From the human T2T-CHM13v2.0 reference genome, Homo sapiens: a stretch of 64,000 nt of DNA. The notes beneath the pieces were generated by a model. That model did not search any database. It saw nothing but the letters and a program-made list of their open reading frames with translations, and was not told where the DNA came from. This document shows, one piece after another, positions 13,924-27,619 of this stretch; position 1 is the stretch's first letter, and the number at the start of each line of letters is the position of its first letter. A program made the translations under genes and the position numbers. The stretch is taken from assembly GCF_009914755.1 (NCBI RefSeq), contig NC_060947.1. One strand, written 5' to 3'.

Positions 13924-14625
13924 TTATCTTTACTAATAAACAACCTAGAATAATTATATATGACCAGTTTTTATTATCATGGAAACTAAATGGAATAAAT
14001 ATGACAGTATTTTGTAGATTTAAATTTGCCAATAGTTGAAGAGACTGAGGCTTTTTAAAGGTATGTTTCTCTTTTTAAAAGGAGTCTTTCAACACCACAT
14101 ATGTTACCCATGAATCGTGTTTTTTCTGAAAAAGAATATGAGGAACAATTCGAGGGAATTTTTTATTCTACTGTCCTTTTTATCAGCCAATACTCCAGTT
14201 TGGTAAACTATGTAGTATTATCAGAGATTATAAATTGAAGCCTTTGATCTCTTTCTGATTGTACATCTAGTTTGTTTAAACGCATTCATTTCCCAAAATA
14301 TTATCTAAAACTTGCTGATATTTGTATTGTATTTCAGTTGTAACTGAATCATTTAATATAACTTTTTTTGTTTTCAAGACTGAGATGTAAAGTCCATGAC
14401 TGAAAGGATCATATATTCTATATATCTGATGCCTCTCTTTCTTCCTATCTGTCAATTTTTCCATTTTAATCTACAAATGCAGGATTACATAAGAGTTCTG
14501 TTAATGATATTCCCCAAATCATGTTTGCAAGGGCCCTCTTTAATCTTTTAAGAGCAGCCTATGAACACCTCCTCTTCTGAGAAACTAACCATAAATCCTT
14601 TTTTCAAATAAAAAGTATCTGTGGC

Positions 14626-15069
14626 TAAGGGAGGAGACCACCCCTCATATTGTCTTATGCCCAATTTCTGCCTCCAAAGAAAGAAGAAGTAAAAACTAAA
14701 AGTGGGAAATGAAATCCACAATCAGACAGCCCTGCACCACACCCTGGGCCTGGTAGTTAAAGATCAAACCCTGACCTAATGGGTTACTTGCATAAGAAAA
14801 GCACTGTGAAGATCCCTGTCCTGTTCTGTTCCATTCTAATTACAGGTGCATGCAGCCCCCAGTCATGTACCCCCTGCTTGCTCAATCGATCAAGACCCTC
14901 TCACAGGGACCACCTTAGAGTTGTGAGCCCTTAAAAGGGACAGGAATTCCTCACTCAAGAGAGCTCAGTTGTTGGAGATGTGAGTCTTGCCGAAGCTCCC
15001 GACCAAATAAAGCCCTTCCTTCTTTAACTCGGTGTCTGAGGGGTTTTGCCTGCGGCTTGTCCTGCTACA
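14626..15069 (+). mobile_element. LTR2/LTR2B (HERV-E/Harlequin) solo LTR
   Basis: TAAGGGAGGAGACCACCCCTCATATTG start, CCTGCTACA end; imperfect TSD TGGC/TGCC. Confidence 0.88.
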
Positions 15070-15199
15070 TGCCTACATCATAATTGTGAAATAAAACCAA
15101 CAGTGTTATCTTGGTCATGACTAAATCAACAAAGAATTAGTCCCTGAGCTAAAAATTGTTACCAGTACATGAGGGGGCACCAATATCTCTCCCAAGTGG

Positions 15200-16067
15200 T
15201 AGCAAACCAAAAATAAAATGCTAAGCCTCCCAACCAAATAAATGCATGACCTCTTGCCTGAGGGGATTCTAAAGAAACCTGAAATACTAGTTCAGGACAT
15301 GAGGAGGTGGGGGTTAGACATGCTTCCCTTTGGAGTTTAGGCACAACTGACCAGCATTAACATTAAAATAGAGATTATAACACTGACAAAAGAAACTCTT
15401 TGTAGCATTACAATACCCAACTCCAACCTGACTCTGGTATAGCACTATGTGACAGATAACAGGCCCCAAAGGCAACTAAAATGTTTTGCCCCAAAATATA
15501 TTTCTTTAGCATATTTAGGAATGACTCTGCAAAGCCATCTCTTGTGAGGGAAATTTCCATTCTGTATATAATCCCTTCCTTTACTAGATCTTTTCCAGAG
15601 AGTCTGACACCATTTAAGGTCCTTATAAGAGACATTTACCATCTGTTCTCTCTGAAGCCTAATACCTGGAAGCTTCATCTACATAAGAACCTTGGTTTCC
15701 ACAAGTCCTACCTTATCTTAACTCAAGCATTTCTTTATGCTGAATTCAATTCTTCAGCCAGGGCTTAATTCTTTCAACCACTTGCTGATCAGAAAAATCT
15801 TTGAATCCACCCATGACCTGGAAGCCCCTACTTTGAAATGTCCTGCCTTTCTAGGCAGAATCAATGTATACCTTCCATGTATTGATTTATTTGTTTGCCT
15901 GCAACTTCTATCTCCTTAAAATGTATAAAGTCACACTGTGACACAATGAACATGGGCACATGTTATCAGGACCTCCTCAGGCTGTGTCATGGGCCATGCT
16001 CCTTAACCTTAGCAAATAAACCTCTAAAATGATTGAAACTTATCATGGGTATTTTCTTTGATTTATA
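15200..16067 (+). mobile_element. MER4-family ERV1 solo LTR (MER4D/E-like)
   Basis: AAACCAAAAATAAAAT.CTAAGCC start; AATAAACCTCTAAAATGATTGA end. Confidence 0.75.
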
Positions 16068-16351
16068 TGGTTTAATGTGCAAATCTGCCTAAATTGTTTA
16101 AATAGATAATAGGTCCCATCAAATTCTTTGGTTTATGGAATGTTAATAGGCAGAACATCCTAATCTTTCTGGAGGCAAGTTATATGCCAAATGTTGGAAA
16201 GGATGGAACCCAGTGTGATAATATGGCTATGAGTTTCTCCTCTATACTATTTCAGTTTTCTATTATTTGTATAATAGACTCACAACAATATCATTAATCT
16301 AAGAAATCTGAGCATGCTTTTTCCTCCAAAACTTATTGAATAATAATTAAA

Positions 16352-16863
16352 GTATTAGGGTTCTTCAGAGAAAAATAATTAACTGGATATCTACAGATAT
16401 GTACAAAGATTGATTATAAGGGATTGGCTCATGCCATTATGGAGGCTGAGAAGTCCCATGATCTGCTATCTGCAAGCTGGAGGATCGAGAAAATCAGTGA
16501 TGTAGTTCTAATTTAAGCCCAAGGCTTGAGATCCAGGGGTACCAATGACGTCAGTAAATCCCAGTTCAAGTCTGAAGGCCTGAGAACCAGGGGCAATGAT
16601 GTCTGAAGGAAGGAAAAGATGAATGTCCTGTATCAAAAGGAGAAAATGAATTTTCTCTTCATTTGGCTTTTTGTTTTATTCATCCTTTAGGAGACTGGAT
16701 GATGCCCACCCACACTGGTGAGGACAATTGTCTTTCAGTATATTGATTAAAAGAATGATCTCTTCCAGAAACATCCTTACAGGTATCACTAGAAATAATG
16801 TTTCACCAGTTATCTGGGCATCCTTTAGCACAGTCAAGCTGAAATGTAACATTAACCATCACA
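16352..16863 (-). mobile_element. MLT2 (ERVL) LTR
   Basis: Reverse complement starts TGTGATGGTTAATG; contains GGAGGCTGAGAAGTCCCATGATCTG. Confidence 0.85.
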
Positions 16864-16949
16864 ATTAATCTACCAGTTTGAAATAAATATATCCTTCATG
16901 TGTGGTAAAACAAAGCCGCTAAGTATTCTATGACCACAGACAAGAAACT

Positions 16950-17245
16950 AACTCTGTGCTTAGTTTTTCATTTGTTTCTGAAATTAGGGTAATAATAGTA
17001 TCTACTCCACAAGATTGTTGTGCACATTAAGTGTTCATAAATTTTATGTGAGTTCTTAAAAATAACAAACACATATATAAGACAATATTTGCCAAGCATT
17101 ATTCTTAGCCCTTTTCCAAATGTTAACTCATTTAATGTACATAACAATGAGGTATGTACTGTAATTGCATTCACGTTACAGAGAAGGAGACTGAGGCATA
17201 GGGAGAAAAACTGATTCACCTTAAGTTACAAAGCTAGTAAGTGAT
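16950..17245. mobile_element. MIR fragments in both orientations
   Basis: Core motifs GGTAATAATAGTATCTAC and ACAGAGAAGGAGACTGAGGCA. Confidence 0.6.
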
Positions 17246-17742
17246 ATTAAACAGTACCTGATGTATCACAGTTGCTCATTCATTATTATTATGGTTATTA
17301 TTACTATCACTATATGAAATTTGATTATGCTTTTTATGACTTCCTATACTATTGAATTTGGATAAAAGTGTTGGTTCTATTATAAGTTAATGAATTTGAA
17401 CATATTGGATATGTTTCTCTCCATTTCAGTAATTATCATTATTGATCCTCCAATTTTCATATCTTTGAATTATGCTTTGAAGAATTAGAAACCTCTTCAG
17501 ATTGACTCTTAAATTCTTTTGATACAACCCAGTAGTTTTGATATATTTTTATTCATGACAAAATAAGAAAAATCCTAATTTGTCACTCTTGGAGGTTGTT
17601 AAAACATCAGTTCATCACTGGAGATTTGTAAATGAATTGATTCAAACATTAATTTTGCCTTTACTTTATACACTGTACTTCCAGAAAACCACAAACTCAA
17701 TAAGTAGATGTTTCTCATTATTCTTTGTACAGTAGTATTCCA

Positions 17743-17836
17743 GATAATTAAAAACAAAGGAATTTTAAGTTTGAATACCAATATTTTCTGATAATTAATA
17801 ACAAAGGAATTTTAAGTTTGAATACCAATATTTTCT
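17743..17836. repeat. 47-bp tandem duplication
   Basis: GATAATTAA(A/T)AACAAAGGAATTTTAAGTTTGAATACCAATATTTTCT x2, one mismatch. Confidence 0.95.
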
Positions 17837-18108
17837 AAGGCCTAATTAATTAATGTATCTATGCAATAATCATCAGTGGCTTAGGGATGCTATTATCATA
17901 TTAAGGGAGACAGCCAAATGTTACGTGTCCATGATGGAAGTATGAAACCCCACAAATGACATAGGCTTACCACACAATTGATCCTGAATCTGATCAAATC
18001 TGTAGTCCAGAACTACTTAGTGTAATATATAAATGTTATATAATCCATACTAATAAAAATAGTAGACACAAGCCAAATGTAGTGGCTGTATGTATATATA
18101 CATACATT

Positions 18109-18111
<3 letters not shown>

Positions 18112-18140
<29 letters not shown>
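18112..18140. repeat. (CA)n microsatellite
   Basis: Direct reading. Confidence 0.95.
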
Positions 18141-18142
<2 letters not shown>

Positions 18143-20477
18143 ATCTCTATCATGCTGAGACACATACTGAAGTATGTATGAACGAAATGACATAATGATG
18201 TCTGGAATTTGCTTCAAAATTATTCACTGGTGACTGGGAAGATGAGTGGGTTGGGTTAAGATGAAACAAAATAAAGCATTATTTGGTAGTTATTGAAGCT
18301 GTATGATGGGTACACAAGAGTTCATTACACAAAAAGATCTACTTTTGTGCATATTTGATGCTTTCCAAAATGAAAAGCTTTGCTTTTCCTTACTGGCTTC
18401 AAAATCTTAAGATACATTACATTTCTCCATTATGGTGATGGGCATTCTGTGCATTGGTTTTCCTGTTAACAGAAGATAGGCAGATTAGGAGCCAATGGCA
18501 GTCTAGTTAAAGGTCTTTAGAAAAAGAAAAATAATAAACAAATAGGCATCTTATTCATTATATTATAAATCACTGCAGACAATACTTATCAAATTGTTAA
18601 GAAAAGTGGAATTTTAATTAAACTGTAAAAGTTTTGGTACAGGCCCCAGACAGCATTTTGAATAGGAAAATTTGAAATATTTTGGCCAAAAGCCATAGTT
18701 TGATTTACTGTCCTTTTATAATCCTCAGAAATGTTGTAGTAATTGTAGACAAAAGTATTTTATTTGAATGTTCACATTTTATTAAAAAAGGATTTAATAT
18801 TATATCCTGAGAACAAGGATCTTTGATTTCCTATTCGCTAATCCTGCTTAGATCTTTTTGGCTAAAATAATGTTTTTAAGTTTGTCATGCTACAGTGAAT
18901 TTCAGCTAATCTGCCTGTGGTCTTTCAAAACAAATACATTAAAAGGAAATTTTTAAATGATTAAACTAACTTCTATTCAATGAGTACTTACTGGAATTCA
19001 GACATTTTGTTAGACAATTTTAATCTCTTATTTAATTCATTGTCCTGGGTACCTAAGGTAGGAATTATTACTTATTACATGAAATAACAGATTAAAGAAC
19101 AGAGATCAAATAAGTTAAGTAACTTGTATAAAATCACACAGTTATAAAGTCTGAGAATGCAGTGATATAATTAGAAAAGGCTTAGTGATTTTCATGATTG
19201 AGAATTTTGCTTTATTGTATTTTCTGTGTTTTGCTTTTTTGTTGTTACTTATCACAGAATGGTGGTAGCTGATAAAATCAGCTGATGACTATATTTAGGG
19301 TATGTCAGGAAGAATTCTGGTAATGTGCCCAGAGACCTAGACTAAGTGTAGATTATTAATCAGTTTCGGAAGAAGCATAATAAAAGTCGTGCTCTTTGAA
19401 GCAAGATTGGCCAATTTTTATGTGTATGTCTGTCATTGACATCTGTGTAACAATAGCAAGTGTACTTAACTATATTTAACCTGTTTGTCTTCACCTCTAA
19501 AAGAATAGCAATGCTTACTTATAATGTTTTATAATTAAAGTTAATGAATCCCATGTCTTTAGGCTAATGTCTTGTACATAATAAGATTTAATAAATGATA
19601 CCAGGTTTTACTACAAAATATTTGTGTAGCATCGGGCAATTTACTTATCTTTTTGATACACCAATTTCCAAATATATAAAATGGAGATAATGATAATAAT
19701 ATTGCCTTCTAAAGTTGATGAGATTTACAAATTAATTTTATATAAGTACTTATAATAACAGTGCTTGGTATATACTAAATGCTATATTAGTGCTGGCCTT
19801 ATTCTATTAGTATTAATTTAAAATTATAATTAATGTAAGAGTTCATGTTATGCCCAAATTCTTTCTCATGGCTTAGAATATACAAAATAGATTTTCAAAA
19901 TGATGTAATCTTGTCTTAAGTTGATTAATTTATCTGAATGATGCAATAAGTATGAACATTTTAATAAAATATAGGTACTGTTAGGTTCCAAGTAAATACT
20001 TATCTATATGAAAAAGAGGCAGATAAAGATGACATTTTAAATCAATATGAAAAGAAGATGTTAGTAATTAAGTGATATGAGAGGAATTGGCTATAGGAAA
20101 TCAAAATTTGATTCCTATCATCATAAGGCAATATAAAGCTCAGATTTAAGTTCTAAATGCAAATGAAGTTAAAAATATTTTTAAAAACATATGAAAATCT
20201 GCCCTTTTGGGGAGTACATAAGGCCTCAATAACAACAAAAGTTAAAGAAGAAACCATAACTTAAAAAAAAATTGATCTAACACAAATTAGTACTAGTAAG
20301 AGTCAATATCCCAGTATTAAAAATTTACACTCCTATGAAATTAGAGAGGATTGTAAAAACTTTAGATTTATGTTTGTAAAAGTTAGCTAAGTGTAGGCAC
20401 ACTCATTCATTACTGTTGAGAGCATAAATTGGTACATTTCTTATTCAGAGCAATTTGGCAGTGTAGTGTTAATATGT

Positions 20478-20590
20478 TAAGAAGAAAAAGAAGAGGAAGA
20501 GGAAAAGCAAGAAGAAGGAGGAAGATAAGGAGGAAGAGGAAAAAGAGGGGGATGAAGAGGAAGAAGAAGAAAAAGTAAAAAAGAGAAAAA
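20478..20590. repeat. GA-rich low-complexity tract
   Basis: GAAGAGGAAG-type purine run. Confidence 0.85.
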
Positions 20591-20628
20591 TATATATTAA
20601 AAATAAACACTTCAAAAAAGTCATACCT

Positions 20629-21173
<545 letters not shown>

Positions 21174-21201
21174 TCACCACATATTTTAATGTCTAGAGAT
21201 C

Positions 21202-21584
21202 TGTGTCAGTCCACTCTCACACTGCTATAAAGAAATACCTGTGATGGGGTAATTTATAAAGGAAAGATGTTTAATTGACTCACAATTCCATATAGCTGGG
21301 AAAGCCTCAGGAAACTTACAATTATGGCAGAAGGGGAAGCAGGCATCTTTTTCATAAGGCAGCAGGAGGTAAAAGTGAGAGTGCAGAAAAAATCTACCAC
21401 TTTAAAAACCATCAGGTCTCATGAGAACACACTCACTATCATGAGAACAGCATGGGGGAAACTGCCCCATGTTCCAATCACTTCCCTCCCTTGACACCTG
21501 GGGATTAGAGGTCCCTTCCCTGGACAGGTGGGAATTACAATTTGAGATGAGATTTGGATGGGGACACAGAGCCAAACCATATCA
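21202..21584 (-). mobile_element. THE1D/MSTA-like solo LTR
   Basis: MaLR termini; 5-bp TSD AGATC (21197-21201, 21585-21589). Confidence 0.9.
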
Positions 21585-21965
21585 AGATCTCCTCAGGAAA
21601 TAATGATAAAGTTTTACAAATATTAAGGCACAAACCTCTTCACTGAAGTGTTCTGTATTGCTTGAAATGTATTTTAAGCTATCTAAATGACAATAAAGAA
21701 TACATCGAATAAATTATTGTACATCCATGTGATGACTTAAGTTATAGAAATTAAAAGAATAGCTTTGGAAAAATATAGAAAAATACTCATTATACAGAAT
21801 ATAAAACATTATATGAAGTACGCACAAATGCCAAAATTATATATACATGGATAAAAAATGTACTGAAAGAGTATATGCCAAGATATGAACCTGATTTTTG
21901 AGTAGCAGATTAAAGCAGATCTTCATTTTCCTCTTTCTTTTCAGCATTTTACAAATTCACCAGAG

Positions 21966-21967
<2 letters not shown>

Positions 21968-22007
<40 letters not shown>

Positions 22008-22010
22008 TGT
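21968..22010. repeat. (TG)n microsatellite
   Basis: Direct reading. Confidence 0.95.
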
Positions 22011-22916
22011 ATGTTCTTAAAATATATACTTATGTGAAAAACATAATTTAAATCATATATAGACAGTTTAATACCATAACTATTCTCAATTTTCTTACAG
22101 TGTGTTTTCCAAATGTTTAAAGTATTATGATTAAAATAGTGCAATTAGGGAAATCAAATGAGTTTCATAAAATAAAGCAATTCTTACCATGATGACACTT
22201 TTAAGAAATACTTAATACAGAATGTGCTTCTACTCTTAGGGTAAGGAAAGACTTTCTAGGCATAATACAAAATCCTAAAACTTTTATTTAAAAAAATTGA
22301 TGTACACAATTAAATAGAAACTGCAAAATGTTGAATAATGAAAAACATAAATTTAAAAGGCAAATACTTGAAAACATTTATAAAATATAACTGAAAATTG
22401 TTAGCATTAATTATATAAAGATAATTCCTACATAGAGGAAATATATGGAAGTGGTAGAAAGGGACCACAAAATAAAACAGAAAAAAAAATCTGGAGGGAA
22501 ACACATGGTAAATTCCCCAATAGCAGTATACATATAAAACAGTGCTCAAGCAAAAATGTAGATAAATCTCAAAAGAACAATTTTGAGTGAAATACTATAG
22601 GCTACAAGCATTACCTACTATATGATTTCATTTGTATAAAGTACAAAACAAGGAAAATTGGTCTATCCAGGTTGAAGTTAGGATAGTGGATACCCTTGGC
22701 AATGGTCATGACTTTAAGTAGACAGTAGAGATCTTCTCAGTTGCTTACAATATACTCTTTCTTAATTTGTGTTTCACTGTGTTCAGTTTCTGAAAATTCA
22801 ATAAACTCTTCAATTCTGATCCATGTACTTTTCTTTGTATTATAATTTAATAACAATATTTTTAATCAATCAGATTATCTTAGGTTATGTTCAAATTCCA
22901 ATAAGATTCCAGAGAG

Positions 22917-23070
22917 CATGTTGAATTCGCATATAAAGTGTCCAAGCAGAAAACAAGTTTGCTAGCCTTAAAAACTTAATATGAAAATTATGACATCTTG
23001 AATTTGCATATAAAGTGTCCAAGCAGAAAACAAGTTTGCTAGCCTTAAAAATTTAGTATAAAAATTATGA
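22917..23070. repeat. 77-bp tandem duplication
   Basis: TTGAATT(C/T)GCATATAAAGTGTCCAAGCAGAAAACAAGTTTGCTAGCC... at 22921 and 22998. Confidence 0.95.
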
Positions 23071-24269
23071 TTATTTTGTTAACCCTGTGAGTTTGATTTT
23101 AAATATCATTTTGTGAATGGTTTCCTTTAATCCTGGCATTCTCAATGTAAAAAACAGAAAGGAAATAATGTCATTTTAATTTATTATACACATAGAAATG
23201 GATATTGAGAAATTTCACTTGAAAATTGTATAGCAGATCTAGATAAGTACATATTGATGCGTATTTCTGTGGTTTATTGTGTGATTCAAATTTACTTTTA
23301 AAGTAAGTAGTAATTTATGTAGCCAATAATGGTTTGTATAGTTATTAAAAATTTATCCTCAGTATGAATATTAAACTAGAAAATGAAATACATAAAAATA
23401 AATATAAAATTGAATATATTTATTTCATCAACTGATAACTATTATTAAACATTTTTCACCCTCCAAATTTGTTTCTATGCAACTAAACCCTTTGGTAAAC
23501 TGTGTCAGAAAAAAGGAAAAAAATCTTTGAAATCAGCCAAAAAATATTACTAAGAGTCTTGTCAAGTATACCATTCAGGATTATCTGTGCCTGTCATCGT
23601 ACTTAAGTTACTTTACCAGTCAGTAAGTTGTAGAATACTGGCAATAAAGTAAATGACCTTTGTGCAAAGAAAAACTATTTTAATCCACTGGAGATACTAT
23701 GGATTATTGCACTTGTATATTGACCAATTTGGAATATTTTTGTAAAGCAATTTTAGCATTCCTTATGGCTTACGTAGGTTAATGTATTTTCTAAATTCTT
23801 CTTTGAATTAGTTATAACAACCTAAAGGTTCCTAAATTAGTTGATGTTAAAGTATTTGAAACAAGTTTATATTTTTATGAGTCACAATTTTATATTTGAA
23901 AGATTCATCAACATTAGCTTTTTTTAACAAAGTAGGTCATGTATATATTTTCATGTCATTAAATACATATTGGCATAATTTCTTTAGTGGCTCCATAATA
24001 TTCCATTGTATAGATTTATCATATCCTGTACCATTAGTCACTTATGTCACTGCCAATTTTTATTATAAAGGCAATAATGAAAAAATAAAAATTGCAGCTA
24101 CTCCACTATAATGTAAACTCTATGAAACATTTTTTTCTGTTTTCTTTTTTAACCTATCTATTGCTGTGCCTGCAAAGGTTCTTAGAACATAATACGTATA
24201 AGCAGCTATTAACTGTGTTGAATATATGAAAGAGTACCCTTAAAACCCAGAAATATGCATCAGAAGCTA

Positions 24270-24850
24270 TGTTTCATCTGTCACATTGACAAAATATAAA
24301 AACATTTACAATATCCAGTGCTGGCAAGGGTGTAGAAAGGAATGGTATCACTCACTCTTGATAAAATTCTAAATTATGGTACATTTTCTGGAGGAAATAT
24401 GACTGTACCTAACAAAATGTAAAATGTGACTATCTTTGGAATCAGTATTCATACTTCTGAGAACTTACCTTATGGGAGAAAAGTTTAACTTTGCGTGCAG
24501 ATACACAAGATACCGATTATTACAGCATCATTTTTAACAATGAGAAGTTGGAAGCAATCTTCATGTCAATCAATGAATTGTTAGTAAAGAAATACTAGTA
24601 TATCCAGTATTCATGAATTCCAATAAGTGATATAAAAAGAGTTACGTACAAAGATATTTAAAGGTTCCCATATATATGATTAAGTGAAAAAAAGTAAGTC
24701 ATATAACCCAATGTACAATGTTATATGACACTAAAAAAAATGCTTCCTGTATATGGATAAAGAAGAAATCTTAAAGGAAACATATCAAACCTTTACTATG
24801 ATTATTTCTGAAGAATAAGATGGGAAAAGGATCATGAGAGATTTTTTTTT
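24270..24850 (+). mobile_element. Ancient L1M(E) 3' fragment
   Basis: CCAGTGCTGGCAAGGGTGTAG and AATTATGGTACA-type degenerate motifs. Confidence 0.55.
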
Positions 24851-24952
24851 CCACAGTGTATACCTCCATATCATTTTAGTTATTTTTGTCATAAACATTA
24901 ATTGATCTCATAAATAAAAAGAAAAATAAAGTAAATAATTTCATATCAAACT

Positions 24953-27420
24953 GAAGAATTTAAGACCATGCCATCCTCAAACCTGCTACTCCTGGATATT
25001 GATTATTTTGAGTTAAAGACACTTGAAAAAATACAGCATCAAGACCACTCTGACTTTCCTTCTCTTTCTTAAAAGCAAGTGATGAGATTCCCATGTGAAA
25101 GATGTCCTCTCTGCACCACAAGGAAAGTATCATTTTTTTTTATCATCAAGGATGGGACACAGGGCAGCTACTTAAAAATAAGTACCTGAGAGGGGCCCTT
25201 CCATTTTGATTGTAATTGAACCTCAGGGGATTCTTCTCTCCAGGGTTTTAATAGAATTTCCATATTCTTGAAGGGCATTTTGGACCTGGCCTAAATTCCA
25301 AAAAGGGGGGTATAGTGAGGTATATCTGACATCCTGTTTCTTTTCACGGCCTAAATTTGTTTTTCAGGCTTCTTATTGTCAATTAAATGTTCTAGGCCAG
25401 ACAAGAAGCATGGTGGGCAGGCACCCATTTGTTCTTAAAACACTTTTTAAACAATATAAGAGACTAAGACTAAAAGCCAAAAATAAGGCTACACATCAAG
25501 AGAAAACAAGAGTACAGCATCAAGCTATACTGGAGAAAATCATTGCTTTTATATACCTCTAAGATGAAATATTTCAGCAACAGGCCATAACAACAGTTAG
25601 AACCAGAGGATAAAAAAATCACAGAAGCTGACAAAAAAGCTAAAGAAGAGAGTTATTCTCCTCTCCTTTTTATGAGAAAATGGATTATAAGCATTTGCCA
25701 GTGAATGAAATACAACAAAAGGAATATATTTATTAAACAAAGTCTATAAGGGGGTGTAAAAACAGAATGACAAGATAATCATTTTGAACTTTAGAGCAGA
25801 AAACAGACAAGGCAATACCAAAAATCGGAGGTGGTTTAGAGACCCCCTAGAGTGGGCCTCTAACTCACAATACCTCTCTAGAGTAGGCCTCTAAACCACA
25901 ATATCCAATGTCAAAAACCCCAGAGCACATGGGGATGACCAACACTGAAGGTGGGACTCTAACTCACACTTCTAGAATGAACGCTCTCACAATCAGGTGT
26001 TCTGCCTTCTACACTTGCCCAAATGCGTTAATGGGGAGCTAAAGCAAAAACTGCAAATGAAACATATATTTCAGTGTGGAAGGTAAATTAAAATAAAATT
26101 TCCAATCAAAAAATTAAAATGGTGTTAGAGGAGAAATGGCTGAGAGAAGGGCTGACAAGGACAAAGCTGATCCATTGTGCTTCCATTCAGGGCACTCAAA
26201 TGGCAGGGGATTTTGAATGGACTACCTAGCCAAGGTCTTATTTCCAGGCTCACCCAATGTTGAAAGGGGGGCAGAAGGAACACTTACCCATCCACAGGAG
26301 CCAAAATGATACTGACTTGTCTCCAATGTGTGGCTTGGGTGAAGGTCTCCACCCAAGCTTTACAGGTTGGGCTGGCTCAGCTGCCATGAGAGGATTGGAG
26401 TATGATCCTGTAACCAGCCAGCCAGAATGGTGGGTCTTTTTATATGAGGTGACACTGTGGCTGCTTGCCCATCTGTCTGCTCAGATCTGCTTCCACCACC
26501 TCCCAGGAAAGATGATGGCTCTGAAAAGAGCCTTTGGCTAGAGTTACAGCTCTACAGTGTTATGCCTCATCAATCATAATCTTGCTGCCTCACCACCTCA
26601 CTGTCTCACCAATCATTGCCTTTCACCTTCTCTCCACCCAACTATTTCACCAATTGCCACCTCTCGCCATCTCACCATCTCATTGTCTCACTGATTGCCA
26701 ATTGCCAACTTGTCACCTTGTCAATCACCAATTGCCATTTTACCATTTAGTTTCATCCCTTTTTGATCACCAAGATGATACAGGACAAGTGAGCCCCAAA
26801 ATTGAGACTTAGCCTGGGAAGTTTCTTGGCTTCCCTCAGGAAAGAATACAAGGGCAAATCAGAGGTGAGAGAGGGCAACTTTTATTGAATCAGTGCTGCT
26901 CCTTGCAGAGCAGGGCTAACCCACAGCCAGTGTGCCCAGAGTTGGCAGCATATGGGCTGTTGGCAGTTGCATTTATATCCACTTTTGCTTACATGACAAT
27001 TAAGGGGCAGATTACTCAGAACTTTCTAGAAAAAGGGAGGAGAGTTTCTGGAATCATGTAAGATAACTTCTGGGCCACTATCATGGTCCATTGCCATGGC
27101 ATTTGTAAACTGTCATTGTGCCAGTGGGAGTGTCATTATGCTAACAAGCAGTGAGGGCAACTAGATGTCACTTTCATTGCCATCTGCAGGTTTGGGACAG
27201 CTTCCTCACTTCACCCTGAGAATCAACCAGATTCTGCTTCAATTAGCAGGATCATTACTGGAAAATAAGTCCTGCCAGCCTCCTACCTTACTGTTTATAA
27301 ATTAAATTAGATAAATTTGTATGCTTTTCTCCTGATAATCTGTTTTATGTTAGTTTAACTCTTAGGCCCAGTTTAAAAAAAAAAAATCTAAGAGTGTAGA
27401 AGTAAATTCTGCCACCACTT
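24953..27420 (+). mobile_element. MER34-like LTR in two pieces (24953-~25150 and ~27291-27420) around an inserted ERV
   Basis: GATTATTTTGAGTTAAAG start motif; ATAAATTTGTATGCTTTTCTCCTG.TAATCTG end motif. Confidence 0.6.
25150..27290 (-). mobile_element. MER4-group ERV1: 5' LTR (26776-27290, MER49/MER50-type) plus leader/internal part
   Basis: Reverse-complement LTR TAAGGTAGGAGGCTGGCAGGAC...GGGGCTCACTTGTCCTGTATCA, then a degenerate PBS TCTTGGTGATCAAAAAGGGA. Confidence 0.65.
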
Positions 27421-27619
27421 ATAAGACATTGGTTAAAAGAAAATGTACATAATTCAGTTAGCACAAGAGAGATTTTGAAATTTTCAGTCACTGTTTTTCA
27501 AATTTATGTCTCTTATTAAGCAGAGGGTCATGTATATTATCCAACTCAATAAATAATAGTTCAATAATATAGTGTAAACCATTTTTTTCATTAAAGATTT
27601 AAAAAGTGTAAAAATTGCA

